A DNA stretch of 59,486 nt, the filler included, from Pirum gemmata (taxonomy: Eukaryota): assembly GCA_002812295.1 (NCBI GenBank). It is 10 parts of 10 records of this genome, joined end to end, with 100 filler letters (N's around TTAATTAATTAA, not from the genome) between each part and the next. Parts side by side here need not be neighbours in the genome. Positions count along the whole stretch, not along the records: positions 11,757 to 17,533 come from PDIN01000442.1; positions 17,634 to 23,415 come from PDIN01000443.1; positions 23,516 to 29,254 come from PDIN01000444.1; 7 more parts are not named here. One strand, written 5' to 3'. Both the position numbers and the translations under genes were made by a program. Positions 12,281 through 24,635 of this stretch are shown one piece after another. Within the stretch, counting starts at the first letter, position 1, and each line of letters opens with the position of its first letter. The notes beneath the pieces are model-generated. The model was given only the letters and a program-made list of their open reading frames with translations. It was not told where the DNA came from and did not search any database.

Positions 12281-12464
12281 GCAGAATTAATTGGTGGAGG
12301 CCTATTCTGTGTTTTTACAGTTTTTAGGTTATTACGGATAAAAAAAAAATCTTGTATGAGTAGTGTCATGCTAAAAACGACTAACTTTTGAGCTTCGCTA
12401 GAATTTTTAGCTTTCGAACAAAAATAATACAATAGTAATTTAATAGATTTGAAATTTTCAAACA

Positions 12465-12526
<62 letters not shown>

Positions 12527-12534
12527 AACAGCCA

Positions 12535-12750
12535 AGCCGGATAAAACTGTAGAAATCATTTTTTAGACTTCTTTTCTAAAATCTTTTATTATAACTAGCC
12601 AAATTATTTTTAAAAACTAATTATCGGTTCATAATAGAGTTTTATTAGTCATAAAATTTCTCAAAATTTGGTAGTGCTTTAATTACAATTGGATCATTTT
12701 GAGATTTTTTGGATTTGAGCTCATACGGCTATGTCGCCATTTTATCCGGA
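12535..12750. repeat. Dispersed repeat family E; inverted partner at ~14975-15165
   Basis: AAATTATTTTTAAAAACT, ATAATAGAGTTTT, TTTCTCAAAATTTGGTAGT, TTTGAGCTCATA recur reverse-complemented at 14975-15165. Confidence 0.7.
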
Positions 12751-13954
12751 TTTAATAGTTAAAAAAAATATGATAAAAACAAAAATAAATAAAATAAGAT
12801 AAATAAAAAATATGATAAAAAAACCTTTCTAGCTAGCTAGCTAGAGTAAGGACATCCCCCTAACTCTAGCTAGCTAGCTCTAGCTGTAGCTAGTCCCCTC
12901 CCCCTAGCTAGCTACTAGTAGCTAGCTAGCCCCCCCCTCCTACTAACTAGCTAGTAGCTAGCTATGAGGTCATAGTAGCTAGCTAGCTAGTCCCCCCCCA
13001 AAGGTCCCCCAAGCTATGCCATAGCTAGCTAGCTACTGTAGGTAAAAACACTATCAGATATCATAATTGATATGACATATATAAAAGCTTTCAAGACTTT
13101 CAAGCAAGTCTCGCTTTAGAAATACCACATGGAAATACTTTGACAATTGATAAAGACTATGTATCACAATAAATAATCCTTCAGAATAAATCCTTTGTAA
13201 TCAGCTCTCATCTCCTGTGTCGTAATTCGTTCCAAGAAGGGAAGGTAGGTGATAAGGCTAGGTAGGGTGATAAGGTATTTATTATAATGAACATTGAACT
13301 CGATTGACCTACTTTTCTGGACTAAGAGCCATGATAGCTAGTACCTATCGATATTACTAGACGACTAGTTCTGACGACTAGTTTCAAAATAACATTGCGG
13401 TCCACGTAGAGTCTAACTACCGGTAGGTCTAACAATCTACAGACAGGTATTAATATATAATAATATGATAGTATCGATAATATGATACTAAATTATGATA
13501 CTAATAGTGTAATATAAGGTGTACGATACTATAGCAAGTTGACTATAGCTATCATTGACCGGTCTAGCTACTATCTGATAGTAGATATGATAATATTATG
13601 ATAGGCTATGGCACTGATGATGCAGACTGATGATATTACGTATGACAGGATATGACATCTTTAGCTTTGTCTACTAGCTCTAGTAGTAGTACTAAGTGGT
13701 GGTGGTTTTGTTTATGATATATCATATCTATACACAAAGAGTTATAGGGTCCACCAGGAAACCCTAACTATCTTCAATCCTAAAATAACAAATAGGACGT
13801 CAGTATGTTACAAACAACCATCTGAAACAACCATGACAAAAAAACAGTTCGAAAAACTTGTTTTTCACATAATATGACAGCTCCTAGCTAGCTAGCTAGC
13901 TAGTAGCTAGAGCTAATAGTATCTGATATATATCATAGCTTGCCAGCTAACTAA

Positions 13955-14108
13955 GGGATTCAAATAATACGTCACGTCAAGGGGTAGGTAGGTAGGTGGT
14001 ATTTGACCGGAAATTATCATAACGTCAAAGGGTAGATAGGTAGGGGGGGGGGGTATTTGAAGCTGTATTTGACCGGAAATTGGCGTTATGTAGTATTCGA
14101 ACACTCCC
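13955..14108 (+). mobile_element. MITE family B, full-length copy with TAA target-site duplication (PIF/Harbinger, Tourist-like)
   Basis: TAA|GGG...TTCAAATAATACGTCACG ... CGTTATGTAGTATTCGAACACTCCC|TAA. GGG..CCC ends with a TWA TSD are characteristic of PIF/Harbinger. Confidence 0.78.
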
Positions 14109-14118
14109 TAAGTGACCA

Positions 14119-14238
14119 AAGTTATTATAATGAGAACTACAACCAAGGTTGCAGGTTGTAGTTCTCATGCATGAATGAAAGTTATTATAATGAGAACTAC
14201 AACCAAGGTTGCAGGTTGTAGTTCTCATGCATGAATGA
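14119..14238. repeat. Exact 60-bp tandem duplication
   Basis: AAGTTATTATAATGAGAACTACAACCAAGGTTGCAGGTTGTAGTTCTCATGCATGAATGA x2; each unit has an internal inverted repeat (ATGAGAACTACAACC...GGTTGTAGTTCTCAT). Confidence 0.9.
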
Positions 14239-14362
14239 GACTTAGCTAGACCCCCCATTTCTACCACAAGTATCAGATAGGTCTCATGCTACAACCAAGT
14301 ACTATCATATCTACTATCATACTATGATATACTATATTAATACTATGATACAATTACTGGTA

Positions 14363-14547
14363 TCGTGCTTTTCAGTTATTTTGTCGTCATAAAATATACA
14401 ATAAATAGTACCATATTAATACAATATAAATCCATTTCATTTAATTTGGTACATTTTATTATCTATTTATTCATTTAAAAATGTCAGCTTAAATATTATA
14501 ACCAACCAAATAAATATTCGGAATGACAAAATAAATGAAAAGCACAA
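14363..14547 (+). mobile_element. MITE family A, full-length reference copy (TA-flanked, Tc1/mariner-type)
   Basis: TIRs TCGTGCTTTTCAGTTATTTTGTC...GACAAAATAAATGAAAAGCACAA, flanked by TA on both sides. Confidence 0.85.
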
Positions 14548-16098
14548 TACTATCGTAGGTTTACTAAGTGCTAGACCTAAGTACGAACTATACTATGATG
14601 GCCAGGAGAAGATTCACTATCATACTAGAGAGTATCATAAATGGTGCATCAAAGCCATGGGGGGTCTACCCGATCAAATTCTGGATCGAAACTTCTATAC
14701 TATAGTCTATAGATGGGCTCTGCTAGCTAGCTAGTAGCTAGCTAGAGCTACTAGACTAGCTAAGATTAGACCCGTCTAGAGCCTAGCTAGCTAGCTAGCT
14801 AGGTTTCAACTTAACCATCAGCCACACGTTTTTTTTTTTTTTTTTTTTTTTAACTAGGCCCGAGTCTAGTAGCTAGCTAGCTAGACTACTAGCTAGAGCT
14901 ACTAACTACTACTAGCTAGAGAGTGGGGTCTCTGTATAGGGTCTCTGTATCACTCTCTGTGTCAATAGACTAGTTCGGCCATTTTTATATGAGCTCAAAA
15001 TTCAAAATCTCAAAATGATTCAAATTTTTTTTTTTTTTTTGCGAAAGTACTACCAAAATTTGAGAAATCGTCTAACTAAGAAAACTCTATTATAAACCAA
15101 TGGCCAGTTTTTAAAAATAATTTGGCTAACAGTAACCCTTTGAGTTTTTACAGTTTTATCTGGCGAAAACAGTGTTATTTATAAATATGAAATTTATAAA
15201 TATTTGATTATCGACTGTGATTATCGATATTATAATAATAATATATATCATAGGCTCTAGCTAGAAGTTAGCTTATCCACAGAGACCATCCACAGGCTAT
15301 GGAAAACGGAGCTTGCGCAAGTAGGCCTGTACTTAAACAGGCAAATAAAAATGAATCTATGAGTATATATACATTGATATGCAGTATTATTGATCTCTAT
15401 TATTGATGGTAGTGCATATCGGGTGATAATAATAAACTACTACTTAAAAGAATAAACTATATCTGATACCAATTATTAGTAGAATTATGATAAGAGTATA
15501 GCTAGTCTCTTTCATTCTCCTAACTAATAATCCATAGCTATCAATGCCTATCATTCTCTATCATAACTACCGTTGCAGACTGCGCACCAGTCATTGGTTC
15601 ATCTAAAAAAAATATACGTTTTTAGGATAATAAAAATACTCCACCAGAACAAAGTCCACATGATCCACATCAAGGCTTCAAAATTCAAATTCATGCCTTA
15701 CAACTATGATAATTATTAAAAAAACTAGCTACTAGCTAGCTAGCTAGCTAGGAGTCTTACAAATGACATACGATAATCCTACTAGCTAGCTAAACGAATA
15801 ATCTATGAAAGCTAGCTAGAGTAGCTAGTTAGAGTAGCAGTAGCTAGCTAGTAGCTGTCTGGCAGCTACTACTAAGCTAAAGCTAGCTAGACCTGAGCTA
15901 GACCTATGACATACTAAACTCTAGCTAGTCTAGCTAGACTAGCTAGTAGTAGCTATGATATGATAGTATCATATCGATACATCGGTTCGGTTGCTACTGA
16001 TAGCTAGTAGACTATCATATATAATAAGTCTATCATAGCTCTACGCTCCACGCAAGTATTTTTATATATATTTATCAATATATTTATAAATAAGGTTA

Positions 16099-16167
<69 letters not shown>

Positions 16168-16978
16168 AAATCAGGGATTGGATGGATGATACGTAATAAC
16201 TTGTGCAGAGTTATGGAGAAAAATGGTAGAAAAGCGGTAGAAAAGTGCTGAAAAAAAGTTGAAAAAAGCTGAGAGTCTAATAAATAAATTATTTATGATC
16301 AAGTATTCATTTAGTTCATTCTTTTTTATTTTTATAATATTATATTATATCATAACTATATCATAGTCGATTAAATTCTAATAATTATTTATGATAGTCA
16401 ACAACTACGATGCAGAGCGAGGGGTTGTTCTAAGACAACTATATATTATTGCTCTGTATGCCTAAAATTTTACTGCTTCAAAAACCAACACATCAACACA
16501 CATGTATGTTTTAAAAATAAACATAATGAATTATATGTAACAACATAACATAAAAGCAATAATAAATAATAATAATAACCAATTTTTATACTTGATGAAA
16601 AATAAAAGCTTCGAACAAGCAATTTTAAAAAACTAAATACCTAGAGACTATTGTTATAACCTATTTCGAACCTGTAGAATCCNTCGGGGTTAGAAACGCT
16701 CAAGTACAAAAGAAAAGGTAGGTGTTATAATAGAGAAGTGAAAAAAACATCATTTTTTTGATTCGATCGAAAAATTTTAGATATTTTTCTATTTGACAAA
16801 TAGTAAAAAAATATAGGAATTTGATAGTACATCCGATTAGGGAACGTTCAATAAGGACGACATCCATTTGGGTAAGGGGGTGAGGGGGGGACAGGTCTTT
16901 GAAAAACAGTTACTGTTTAAGTCTTGGAGTTCGGACGTATTGTACAACATATCAGCGTGTAACGGTGGTTAAACTTTA

Positions 16979-16979
16979 T

Positions 16980-17033
<54 letters not shown>

Positions 17034-17325
17034 AATAATAATAATAATAATAATATATATTTTCAAGTTTACTCACTAGGAGGTTCACACTATCCGGCCT
17101 ACCTTCCTCCTACCCAACCTGGGGTGGGTCCTTTAACGCCTTAAGGTTCTATGATTCATGAGATTAGAGCTTCTTATACGCTCAATTGTTGGGCATGTTT
17201 TTCTATTATGTATGTCTTAGGAAGTTCACCCATTGTTAACTACATCTCCCTGACGGCACCTACGGGACTCGAACCGCGACGTTCGAGTTGGTTAATCGGT
17301 GTGTTAACCACGGGGCCACTATCTC
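16979..17325 (-). mobile_element. tRNA-derived SINE candidate with (ATT)n/(GTT)n tail
   Basis: Minus strand: A box TGGCCCCGTGG (17308-17318), B box GGTTCGAGTCC (17265-17275), ~190-bp unique body, then simple-repeat tail; does not fold as a proper tRNA. Confidence 0.72.
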
Positions 17326-17849
17326 TTGAGGCCTGTACAAAACTAATTTCAACTGAAGGTTTGCTATTAAACTGAGAACCACCAAGTATTGTTCTCATAC
17401 TCACAAAGAGGTAGTATTATATCCTCAAAAAGAAATTCCATAAGTCAATCAGAACTAACACAATAATAACAATAATAGTAGTAGTAGTAGTAATAGTAAT
17501 AATAATAACAACAACAACAACAACAACAACAACNNNNNNNNNNNNNNNNNNNNNNNNNNNNNNNNNNNNNNNNNNNNTTAATTAATTAANNNNNNNNNNN
17601 NNNNNNNNNNNNNNNNNNNNNNNNNNNNNNNNNCTAACCTAACCCCCCAGTATGCCTAACCTAACCCCCCAGTGATGGGCCAGTATGCCTAACTAACCTA
17701 ACCCTACCTTTTCTAATAAATTTCTATTCTATCAGTATTCTATCGGTAATGTTTATTGTTTTAAACTTTTATCAAATAAAAATGCTTTTTTTAAAATATG
17801 TAATGGAATATAATACCAAAAATATTTCCAAAATTTTACAAAAGCCAAT

Positions 17850-17898
<49 letters not shown>

Positions 17899-18039
17899 AA
17901 TAAAGTAAAAAATATGATTAGTAGAAAAATTGCCCGCTATGCACATACGGCCTATAAAGTCTAGAGCAGATTTTTTTTTACTAAAAAAAGGTAAAAAAGA
18001 ACCTATAAAAGGCAAATCAGCCTCTCCCAATTCTCCTTG

Positions 18040-18246
18040 AACCCGAAAACTCAAATTTCTGTTGTCGAAAAAAAAGCCAAAATTCAGCCCCGTTCGAAAA
18101 TTATTTTTTCCATTTTTTCGGGTTTATAAACAAATAAATATACTCGAATACTTATTTGTTAGGTTAGAATTTTCAAACTTATTTAATCAATGTATAGGCT
18201 CGAAAACTTGATTTTTAAAAAAACAAACAGAATTGGGAGAAGCCTC
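18040..18246 (+). repeat. Dispersed repeat family D copy
   Basis: Highly similar to 43388-43582, ending CAGAATTGGGAGAAGCCTC. Confidence 0.75.
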
Positions 18247-18782
18247 ATTCGGGCATATTGGCCAACCAGCTAGAGGCCTATCGATCTAGGCCTATCGATC
18301 TACATAGTCTAGCTACAATAGCTATTGTGCAGCATGCTTAAAAGTAACCAACTTTTGAAAACTTGCCAATTTTTTTCTGCCGGCTTGAACATTTCAAACA
18401 TACTAAATTAATATATTCGAAATTGAATATTATTGTTATTATATTATAAAGGTTGGGGTTTTTAAACGAAATGCACCATAGCTTGCTAGTAGACTTCCTG
18501 GCAGGACTATCATAATAATATTATGATACGTGTATTAATTGAAAATTCCCACTTTTATGTTCGTATTAATCAAATATATTAAATTACTTATATTTGGAAC
18601 CATTATTATAATTTCGAACATACTATGTTCGAGATTTAATTTTCAAACTTAAGTAATTTAATATATTTGAGAATTTCGAATATGTACATAAAAAGGTGAG
18701 AACTTTAATTACCGGTAGTAAAAAGTTGGACGTTTTTAGTAAAAAGTATCGCAGCTGCAGGTTATGCAAGCAAGGGAAGCAA

Positions 18783-18880
18783 AGGGTTAGGGTTAGGGTT
18801 AGGGTTAGGGTTAGGGTTAGGGTTAGGGTTAGGGTTAGGGTTAGGGTTAGGGTTAGTTCAAAGGGGTAGGGTTAGGGTTA
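18783..18880 (+). repeat. Interstitial (TTAGGG)n tract
   Basis: About a dozen perfect units mid-contig. Confidence 0.95.
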
Positions 18881-19223
18881 TTTCAGCTCATCTTTTTACT
18901 GTTTTTATTTATAATTTCCTGCGTATTTCAAAAATAAAAATCCTGCAGAATTGGAGTCTCCTGCTAGCTACTAATTTTGGAGTTTTAGGACTAATAGTAA
19001 AAAGAAGTGTCAATTTTATGTCTTTTTTAAGGTCATAAAAAATATGACTATAGAAAAAATAAATAAATAAAATAAATAAATAAAAACTTTATGTAGTATA
19101 TATAAAATGTAAAACAAAACAAAGCTCTAAAAAACAAAAATAAATAAAAAAGTTTTGTTTTTATTATTTTAATTAAAAAAAAACATAACGCAAACCAAAG
19201 AAATAATATATTTTTTTGATTCC

Positions 19224-19392
19224 CCCAAACCAAACCAAACCAAACCAAACCAAACCAAACCAAACCAAACCAAACCAAACCAAACCAAACCAAACCATAC
19301 CAAACCAAACGAAACTAAACTAAACTAAACAAAATAACATAACATAACATAACATAACAATATAACAAAACCAACCAACCAACCAAACAAAC
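19224..19392. repeat. Pentanucleotide microsatellites (CCAAA)n, (ACATA)n upstream of the DEP gene
   Basis: Read directly. Confidence 0.9.
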
Positions 19393-19417
19393 AAATAATA
19401 ACAACCTAGAACCAAGC

Positions 19418-19996
19418 ATGACAGTAATACGGACTCCTTCTTCGTTATTAAAAATAAATTCCAACACCAGTTTATTTAGTAGTAATATTAATTTCAAAAA
19501 CCAAAATTCAAAACCGATTCCTTACGAAAAACAACGTCGTAAAAGCAAAAACCTAATAGCCACTGAACATTGTGATATTATTGAAAGTTTACTTAATCAA
19601 TCAGTCGATTACGTCGCCAAAGTTATTATATCCAATATTGAAATGAGAACCAGAAGAGTAAATATTACCATAGGTATATTAGACAAAAAAACAGGGCAAC
19701 TGAAACCACAAAAAACACCAAGATTTTTATCGGATGCCTTCACTGGACGCCAATTTGTTAAATTTGTACGCTTAAATTATTTATTAAGTACAAAACAAGC
19801 TTTGCAAGTAGGCAATGAATTAATTAGAAAAACTTATATTTACGATATGGAATGTATTTTTGATAACACTGCTTGTATGCAGAATACGGATGATTCCTTG
19901 TTTACTTGGGCTACAGAGACAAATAGGTTGGCCTTAGTTTTACCCAATAGTAAATCTTACGAATCTCCTTTAGATTTGCAAAGTATTGAAATATAG
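19418..19996 (+). CDS. 192-aa protein with a C-terminal DEP-like domain
   Basis: DAFTGRQFVKFV..NY..STKQALQVGNELIRKTYIY...DDSLFTW matches the DEP consensus (F.G..lv.Wl....r.eA..lG..Ll..gyI......D..lY.F). Confidence 0.7.
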   Translation: MTVIRTPSSLLKINSNTSLFSSNINFKNQNSKPIPYEKQRRKSKNLIATEHCDIIESLLNQSVDYVAKVIISNIEMRTRRVNITIGILDKKTGQLKPQKTPRFLSDAFTGRQFVKFVRLNYLLSTKQALQVGNELIRKTYIYDMECIFDNTACMQNTDDSLFTWATETNRLALVLPNSKSYESPLDLQSIEI

Positions 19997-20157
19997 ACAA
20001 TTAAATGAATAAAATAAAAATAATAAAATGCTTCTAATTAATTAATTAAAACTGATAACTTTGAACAGCTAGCTAATATTAATTATTGAAGCAGATTTTT
20101 ATTTTTACTAAAAAGTGAAAACAAGCAATCAAACAACCAAACAGTAAATATTATAAT

Positions 20158-20379
20158 ACCATTGTAACTATATTACATAATATTTTATTATAATATTATA
20201 TATATTAATATCATGGCTAGTATTAATATTATATTAATTTATATTACAAAATTTAAATACATTTACCATTGTAACTATATTACATAATATTTTATTATAA
20301 TATTATATATATTATTATATCATGGCTAGTATTAATATTATATTATTAATTTATAATTACAAAATTTAAATACATTTAC
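20158..20379. repeat. ~107-bp tandem duplication
   Basis: ACCATTGTAACTATATTACATAAT...AAATTTAAATACATTT occurs twice. Confidence 0.85.
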
Positions 20380-20725
20380 CAAATAATACATAATCATTTT
20401 GATTTATTTGTAAACATTATTTGTCATAATACGTTACAATATGTAATATATAAATTACATCAAAACCTGTTTAATTGAGGTCCAATATTAATTAAACATC
20501 ACAAAGTTTGAAGCCTTAATTGATGGTTATAGTTGGAAGTTTGAGGATCAGAATTCACACATTAAAACATCAATTAAACATAATATTATGCTTTCAAGTT
20601 TTTCTATAATATTTATTATCTTACGTATACGAATCCGTAATATAGAATCGAAACAAAAATAAAATAAAAAATGTATAATAGAATACAAGTAATCCACTTG
20701 ACTTGCATTTTAATTAATAAATGGA

Positions 20726-21409
20726 TTATAATATATTTAATGCCCAATACCAACCACCACAAACTTGAATCCCAAATTGATGATTATAATTTGAAGTTTG
20801 CGGATCAGAGTACATACAATAGCCACGATTACCCATGCTTTCTATTTGAACTAAAGACCCATCTTCATAAGTAATACCAAACTGTTGATCCATATCCCCA
20901 TCTTCACATTTTTGTACGCCGTACTCAGTACCACTAGTAAAATAAACACATTGTTTTGAATTTTTTCGTGGTCGAATAGTATAATAGGGGGATTCTCCAG
21001 CTACAATTGCCCATTTTTGATTAGGTCGAGGGTTGGATTTACATTTTGCAGCATGAAGTTTGTGATAGTGGGTATTGTTTTTATTAGTTAAACAATACTC
21101 CTTGTTTCTATCGGCTGCTGAAATGGTGATTGTGGTGTCTAAAGGTAGTGTACCATTGCAATTCCAAGTAGAACAATCAATGCATGGTTTGTTTTGTGCA
21201 CTAGTCCCGTCATCATCAAACTGACACTGGTTATTCACACCTTGGTGATTTCTTGGAGAACCGTCGGAGAAGTAGCAATTAGTGTTGCACCATTCTGGTG
21301 TTGTAGTGTTTGGTTGGAAATTAGAATTAACTATACAAGAATTGCATTGGGAAGCTAAAGCGCCCGTAGAACAAAATGCAATGAATGAAACAATGCTGGC
21401 GAAAATCAT
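20726..21409 (-). CDS. Secreted 227-aa protein: signal peptide, Cys-rich WCxxNC module, C-terminal ricin-B-type (beta-trefoil) lectin domain
   Basis: Hydrophobic N-terminus ending ALA; three repeats beginning YCL / QCV / YCM with paired Cys and QxW-like motifs (NQKW, DQQF). Confidence 0.8.
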   Translation of the reverse strand: MIFASIVSFIAFCSTGALASQCNSCIVNSNFQPNTTTPEWCNTNCYFSDGSPRNHQGVNNQCQFDDDGTSAQNKPCIDCSTWNCNGTLPLDTTITISAADRNKEYCLTNKNNTHYHKLHAAKCKSNPRPNQKWAIVAGESPYYTIRPRKNSKQCVYFTSGTEYGVQKCEDGDMDQQFGITYEDGSLVQIESMGNRGYCMYSDPQTSNYNHQFGIQVCGGWYWALNIL

Positions 21410-21435
21410 ATTTAATTTTTATTTTTTTTACCTTT

Positions 21436-21497
<62 letters not shown>

Positions 21498-21513
21498 AAA
21501 AACCTAAGGTAAA

Positions 21514-21611
21514 GCCAATTTCCAGTTAAATACAGCTTCAAATACCTCTACCTACCCACCCCTCGACGTCAATTTCCGGTCAAATACTACCTACCTACCT
21601 ACCCCTTGACA
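21514..21611 (-). mobile_element. MITE family B fragment
   Basis: Reverse complement of the internal part of 13955-14108. Confidence 0.7.
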
Positions 21612-21667
21612 AGGAAATAGGGATTACACGTAGTCTAGCTAGCAGATTTTATTTTTTATTAGACTAG

Positions 21668-22288
21668 TTTATTTTGTCACTTCGAATATTTATTTGGTTG
21701 GTTATAATTTTTTAATTGACATTGTTAAATGAAAAAATAAATAATAAAATATACCAAATTAAATGAAATGGATTTATATTGTATTAATTTGGTACTATTT
21801 ATTGTATATCTTATAATGACAAAACAATTGAAGTTATAAATAAATTCTAGTCTAGCTAGTCTAGCTAGTGTTTTTTAAAAAAATATTAGTGCTATGATTT
21901 ATTTTGTCACTATGAATATTTATTTGGTTAGTTATAATATTTAAATTGACATTTTTAAATTAATAAATGGATAGTAAAATGTACCAAATTAATTTAAATG
22001 GATTTATATTGTATTAATTTGGTACTATTTATTGTTTATTTTATGATGTCTAAACAACTATAAAAAAATGACAGTCTAATAATAGACTAGTAGCTAGCCT
22101 AGCTAGCTAGAGGGTCTATATAGCTAGATTTCAGTTGTTTTGTTATCATAAAATATACAATAAATGGCACCAAATAAATAATATATAAATCCATTTGATA
22201 TATTTTGGTATATTTTATTATCTATTCATTGATTTAAAAATGTCAATTTAAAGATTATAACCCTCCAAATAAATATTTAGAGTGACAA
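21668..22288. mobile_element. Cluster of three MITE family A copies (21668-21833 -, 21887-22060 -, 22128-22288 +)
   Basis: Each shares the AAATGGATTTATATTGTATTAATTTGGTAC core (or its reverse complement) with 14363-14547. Confidence 0.82.
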
Positions 22289-22451
22289 CGCTATACATCG
22301 GAGGTACTTAACTGAGAACGATGTGCGAAAACTACATAAATAAAAAAAAAAAATAAAAAGTATGGTCTAGACCCCCCCGTTCCATGTAAATTTGATCATG
22401 ATTGCAAGACTATTGCAAGGGTTAGGGAGGGTTAGGGAGTGTCTAGTAGTA

Positions 22452-22630
22452 GGGAGTGTTCAAATAATATGTTACGTCAAGGGGTAGGTAGGTAGGTGGT
22501 ATATGACCGGAAATTAACGTCAAGGGGGGTAGTTAGCTAGGTGTATTTGAAGCTGTATATGACCGGAAATTAACGTCAAGGGGGGTAGTTAGCTAGGTGT
22601 ATTTGAAGCTGTATTTGATCGGGAATTGGC
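22452..22630 (+). mobile_element. MITE family B copy with internal ~56-bp duplication
   Basis: GGGAGTGTTCAAATAATATGTTACG start; TGACCGGAAATTAACGTCAAGGGGGGTAGTTAGCTAGGTGTATTTGAAGCTGTAT occurs twice. Confidence 0.75.
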
Positions 22631-22694
22631 TTCGTTTTTAACGTTGATAATGCCTAGCTAGCTAGAGTCTAGGCCGGGAACTGATATAATATAA

Positions 22695-22914
22695 TCGTGC
22701 TTTTCAGTTGTTTTGTCATCATAAAATATACAATAAATAATACCAAATTAATACAATATAAATCCATTTCATTTAATTTGGTATATTTTAATATATATTT
22801 ATTTATTTAAAAGTATCAATTTAAATATTACAAACGACCAAATAAATATTTTCAACTTAAATATTATAACCAACCAAATAAATATTTGGAGTGATAAAAT
22901 AATTGAAAAGCATA
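22695..22914 (+). mobile_element. MITE family A copy (further fragment at ~23079-23190)
   Basis: TCGTGCTTTTCAG...GAAAAGCA with a short internal duplication. Confidence 0.82.
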
Positions 22915-24002
22915 GCCTATTAATATTATTATTATTATTATTATTATTATTATCTATTGACTTCTATTAATACAAAAAAACTTTTCAAATACCCCAACCA
23001 GAAGTCTTTGACATTGCGTAGAAATGTTGCACACCTGTAATCCTCCTCTGTGTTAGTATTGTATGTGTATATATTATCAGTACCAAATTAATACAATATA
23101 AATCCATTTTATTTAATTTAATATATTTTATTATCTTTTTATTAATTTAAAAATATCAATTTAAAGATTATAACCTACCAAATAAATAAATGTGTTATTA
23201 TATACCGGTAGATCGGGGTCTATCATAAACTGTTTATGATAATACACGCTTTTCGGCTGAGCAGTGTTGCACAGATATTTTTTATAGAAGAAAACAAGGG
23301 AGCGTTCAATAATTACGTAACGCCAATAAAGTAACGATTTCGAAAAATAGTACCCTAAATCATTAATAATTATTACCAAAGACTTCAAAAAACTATAATT
23401 AAATGCGTCACGTGTNNNNNNNNNNNNNNNNNNNNNNNNNNNNNNNNNNNNNNNNNNNNTTAATTAATTAANNNNNNNNNNNNNNNNNNNNNNNNNNNNN
23501 NNNNNNNNNNNNNNNGGTCCTCTGTCGAATATGATTGTTTGTATTGTTGATACCTGTGTTGTGGGGTTGTTGCTGTTGCTGTTGTTGCTGTTGTTCGATT
23601 GTAGGTACCATATAAAATGATAATATTATTTATTGTTGGGTGGCTGTGGCAAAAAACAGTGATAATAATGTAATGACAATAGTAATAGTAATAGTAATAG
23701 AATCAGTAATAGCAGTAAAACAATAATATTATAATAAAGTAAATAATAACAATAATAAAATGGAAAGATAAAACTAAAAAAGTGTTATCAATCGGTGTTT
23801 TATTTTTTTTATTTTTTAAATTTTTATTTCTGTAATTTAGTGGATTAGACCTAGAGAGATAAGATTTCTTATCTCAAATGGGGAGTGAGTACAAGAGTTT
23901 TTTTTGTCGTCATATATACGTTTTTAATAATAGTATTGTCTTTGTAATTATAATTAACTAGAACCTTTTATGACGTAATCAACGTTTTACATCCCCCTTA
24001 TC

Positions 24003-24251
24003 GGGAGATATTGGAAAATATAACGAATCAAACAGCTTGATCCTAATTATTAAATAGTGACAATTTTGAAATGATATTCTTTTTTTTCGAGTTTCAAGTT
24101 TGGTTTTTTCTATGAAATTTCTAATCAAAAGTGCAGATCAAAAGTGAGTTATAGAACTGTTATAGAAAGTGAGTCAATGCTTTTAAAATTGATCGAAAAA
24201 TTTCGAAAGTTTCGAACTAATCTCGATTCGAGGGTTTTTCCGCATCTCTCC
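24003..24251 (-). mobile_element. MITE family C copy
   Basis: Inverted homologue of 3251-3486. Confidence 0.72.
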
Positions 24252-24376
24252 GTTTTTGTCTACTCATATCTGCATCTGCCTACCTGGGTAGGTATCTGCC
24301 TAGCTAGCTAGTCATATCTGCAGTAGTAGTAGACAAGTAGTAGTAGTTGTACTGGGTAGCTGTAGCTTATAAATTC

Positions 24377-24533
24377 CTAACCCTAACCCTAATCCTAACC
24401 CTAATCCTAACCCTAACCCTAACCCTAACCCTAACCCTAAGGTCCCTAACCCTAACACTACCCTAACCCTAACCCTAACCCTAACCCTAACCCAGAACCC
24501 TAACCCTAACCCAGAACCCTAACCCTAACCATA
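24377..24533 (+). repeat. Interstitial (CCCTAA)n tract with variants
   Basis: Read directly. Confidence 0.95.
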
Positions 24534-24635
24534 AAACACAATATCATGTACCACTAGTAGCTACTAGCTAGTCTATAGCTAGGGTCTATAGGCGGAGGCC
24601 TGTTATCATACGGTTTTTAACGGCTCTTGTAACTA

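Noticed and set aside
17250..17325. Functional tRNA on the minus strand
   Set aside because: A and B boxes are present but acceptor and anticodon stems do not pair; better explained as a SINE head.
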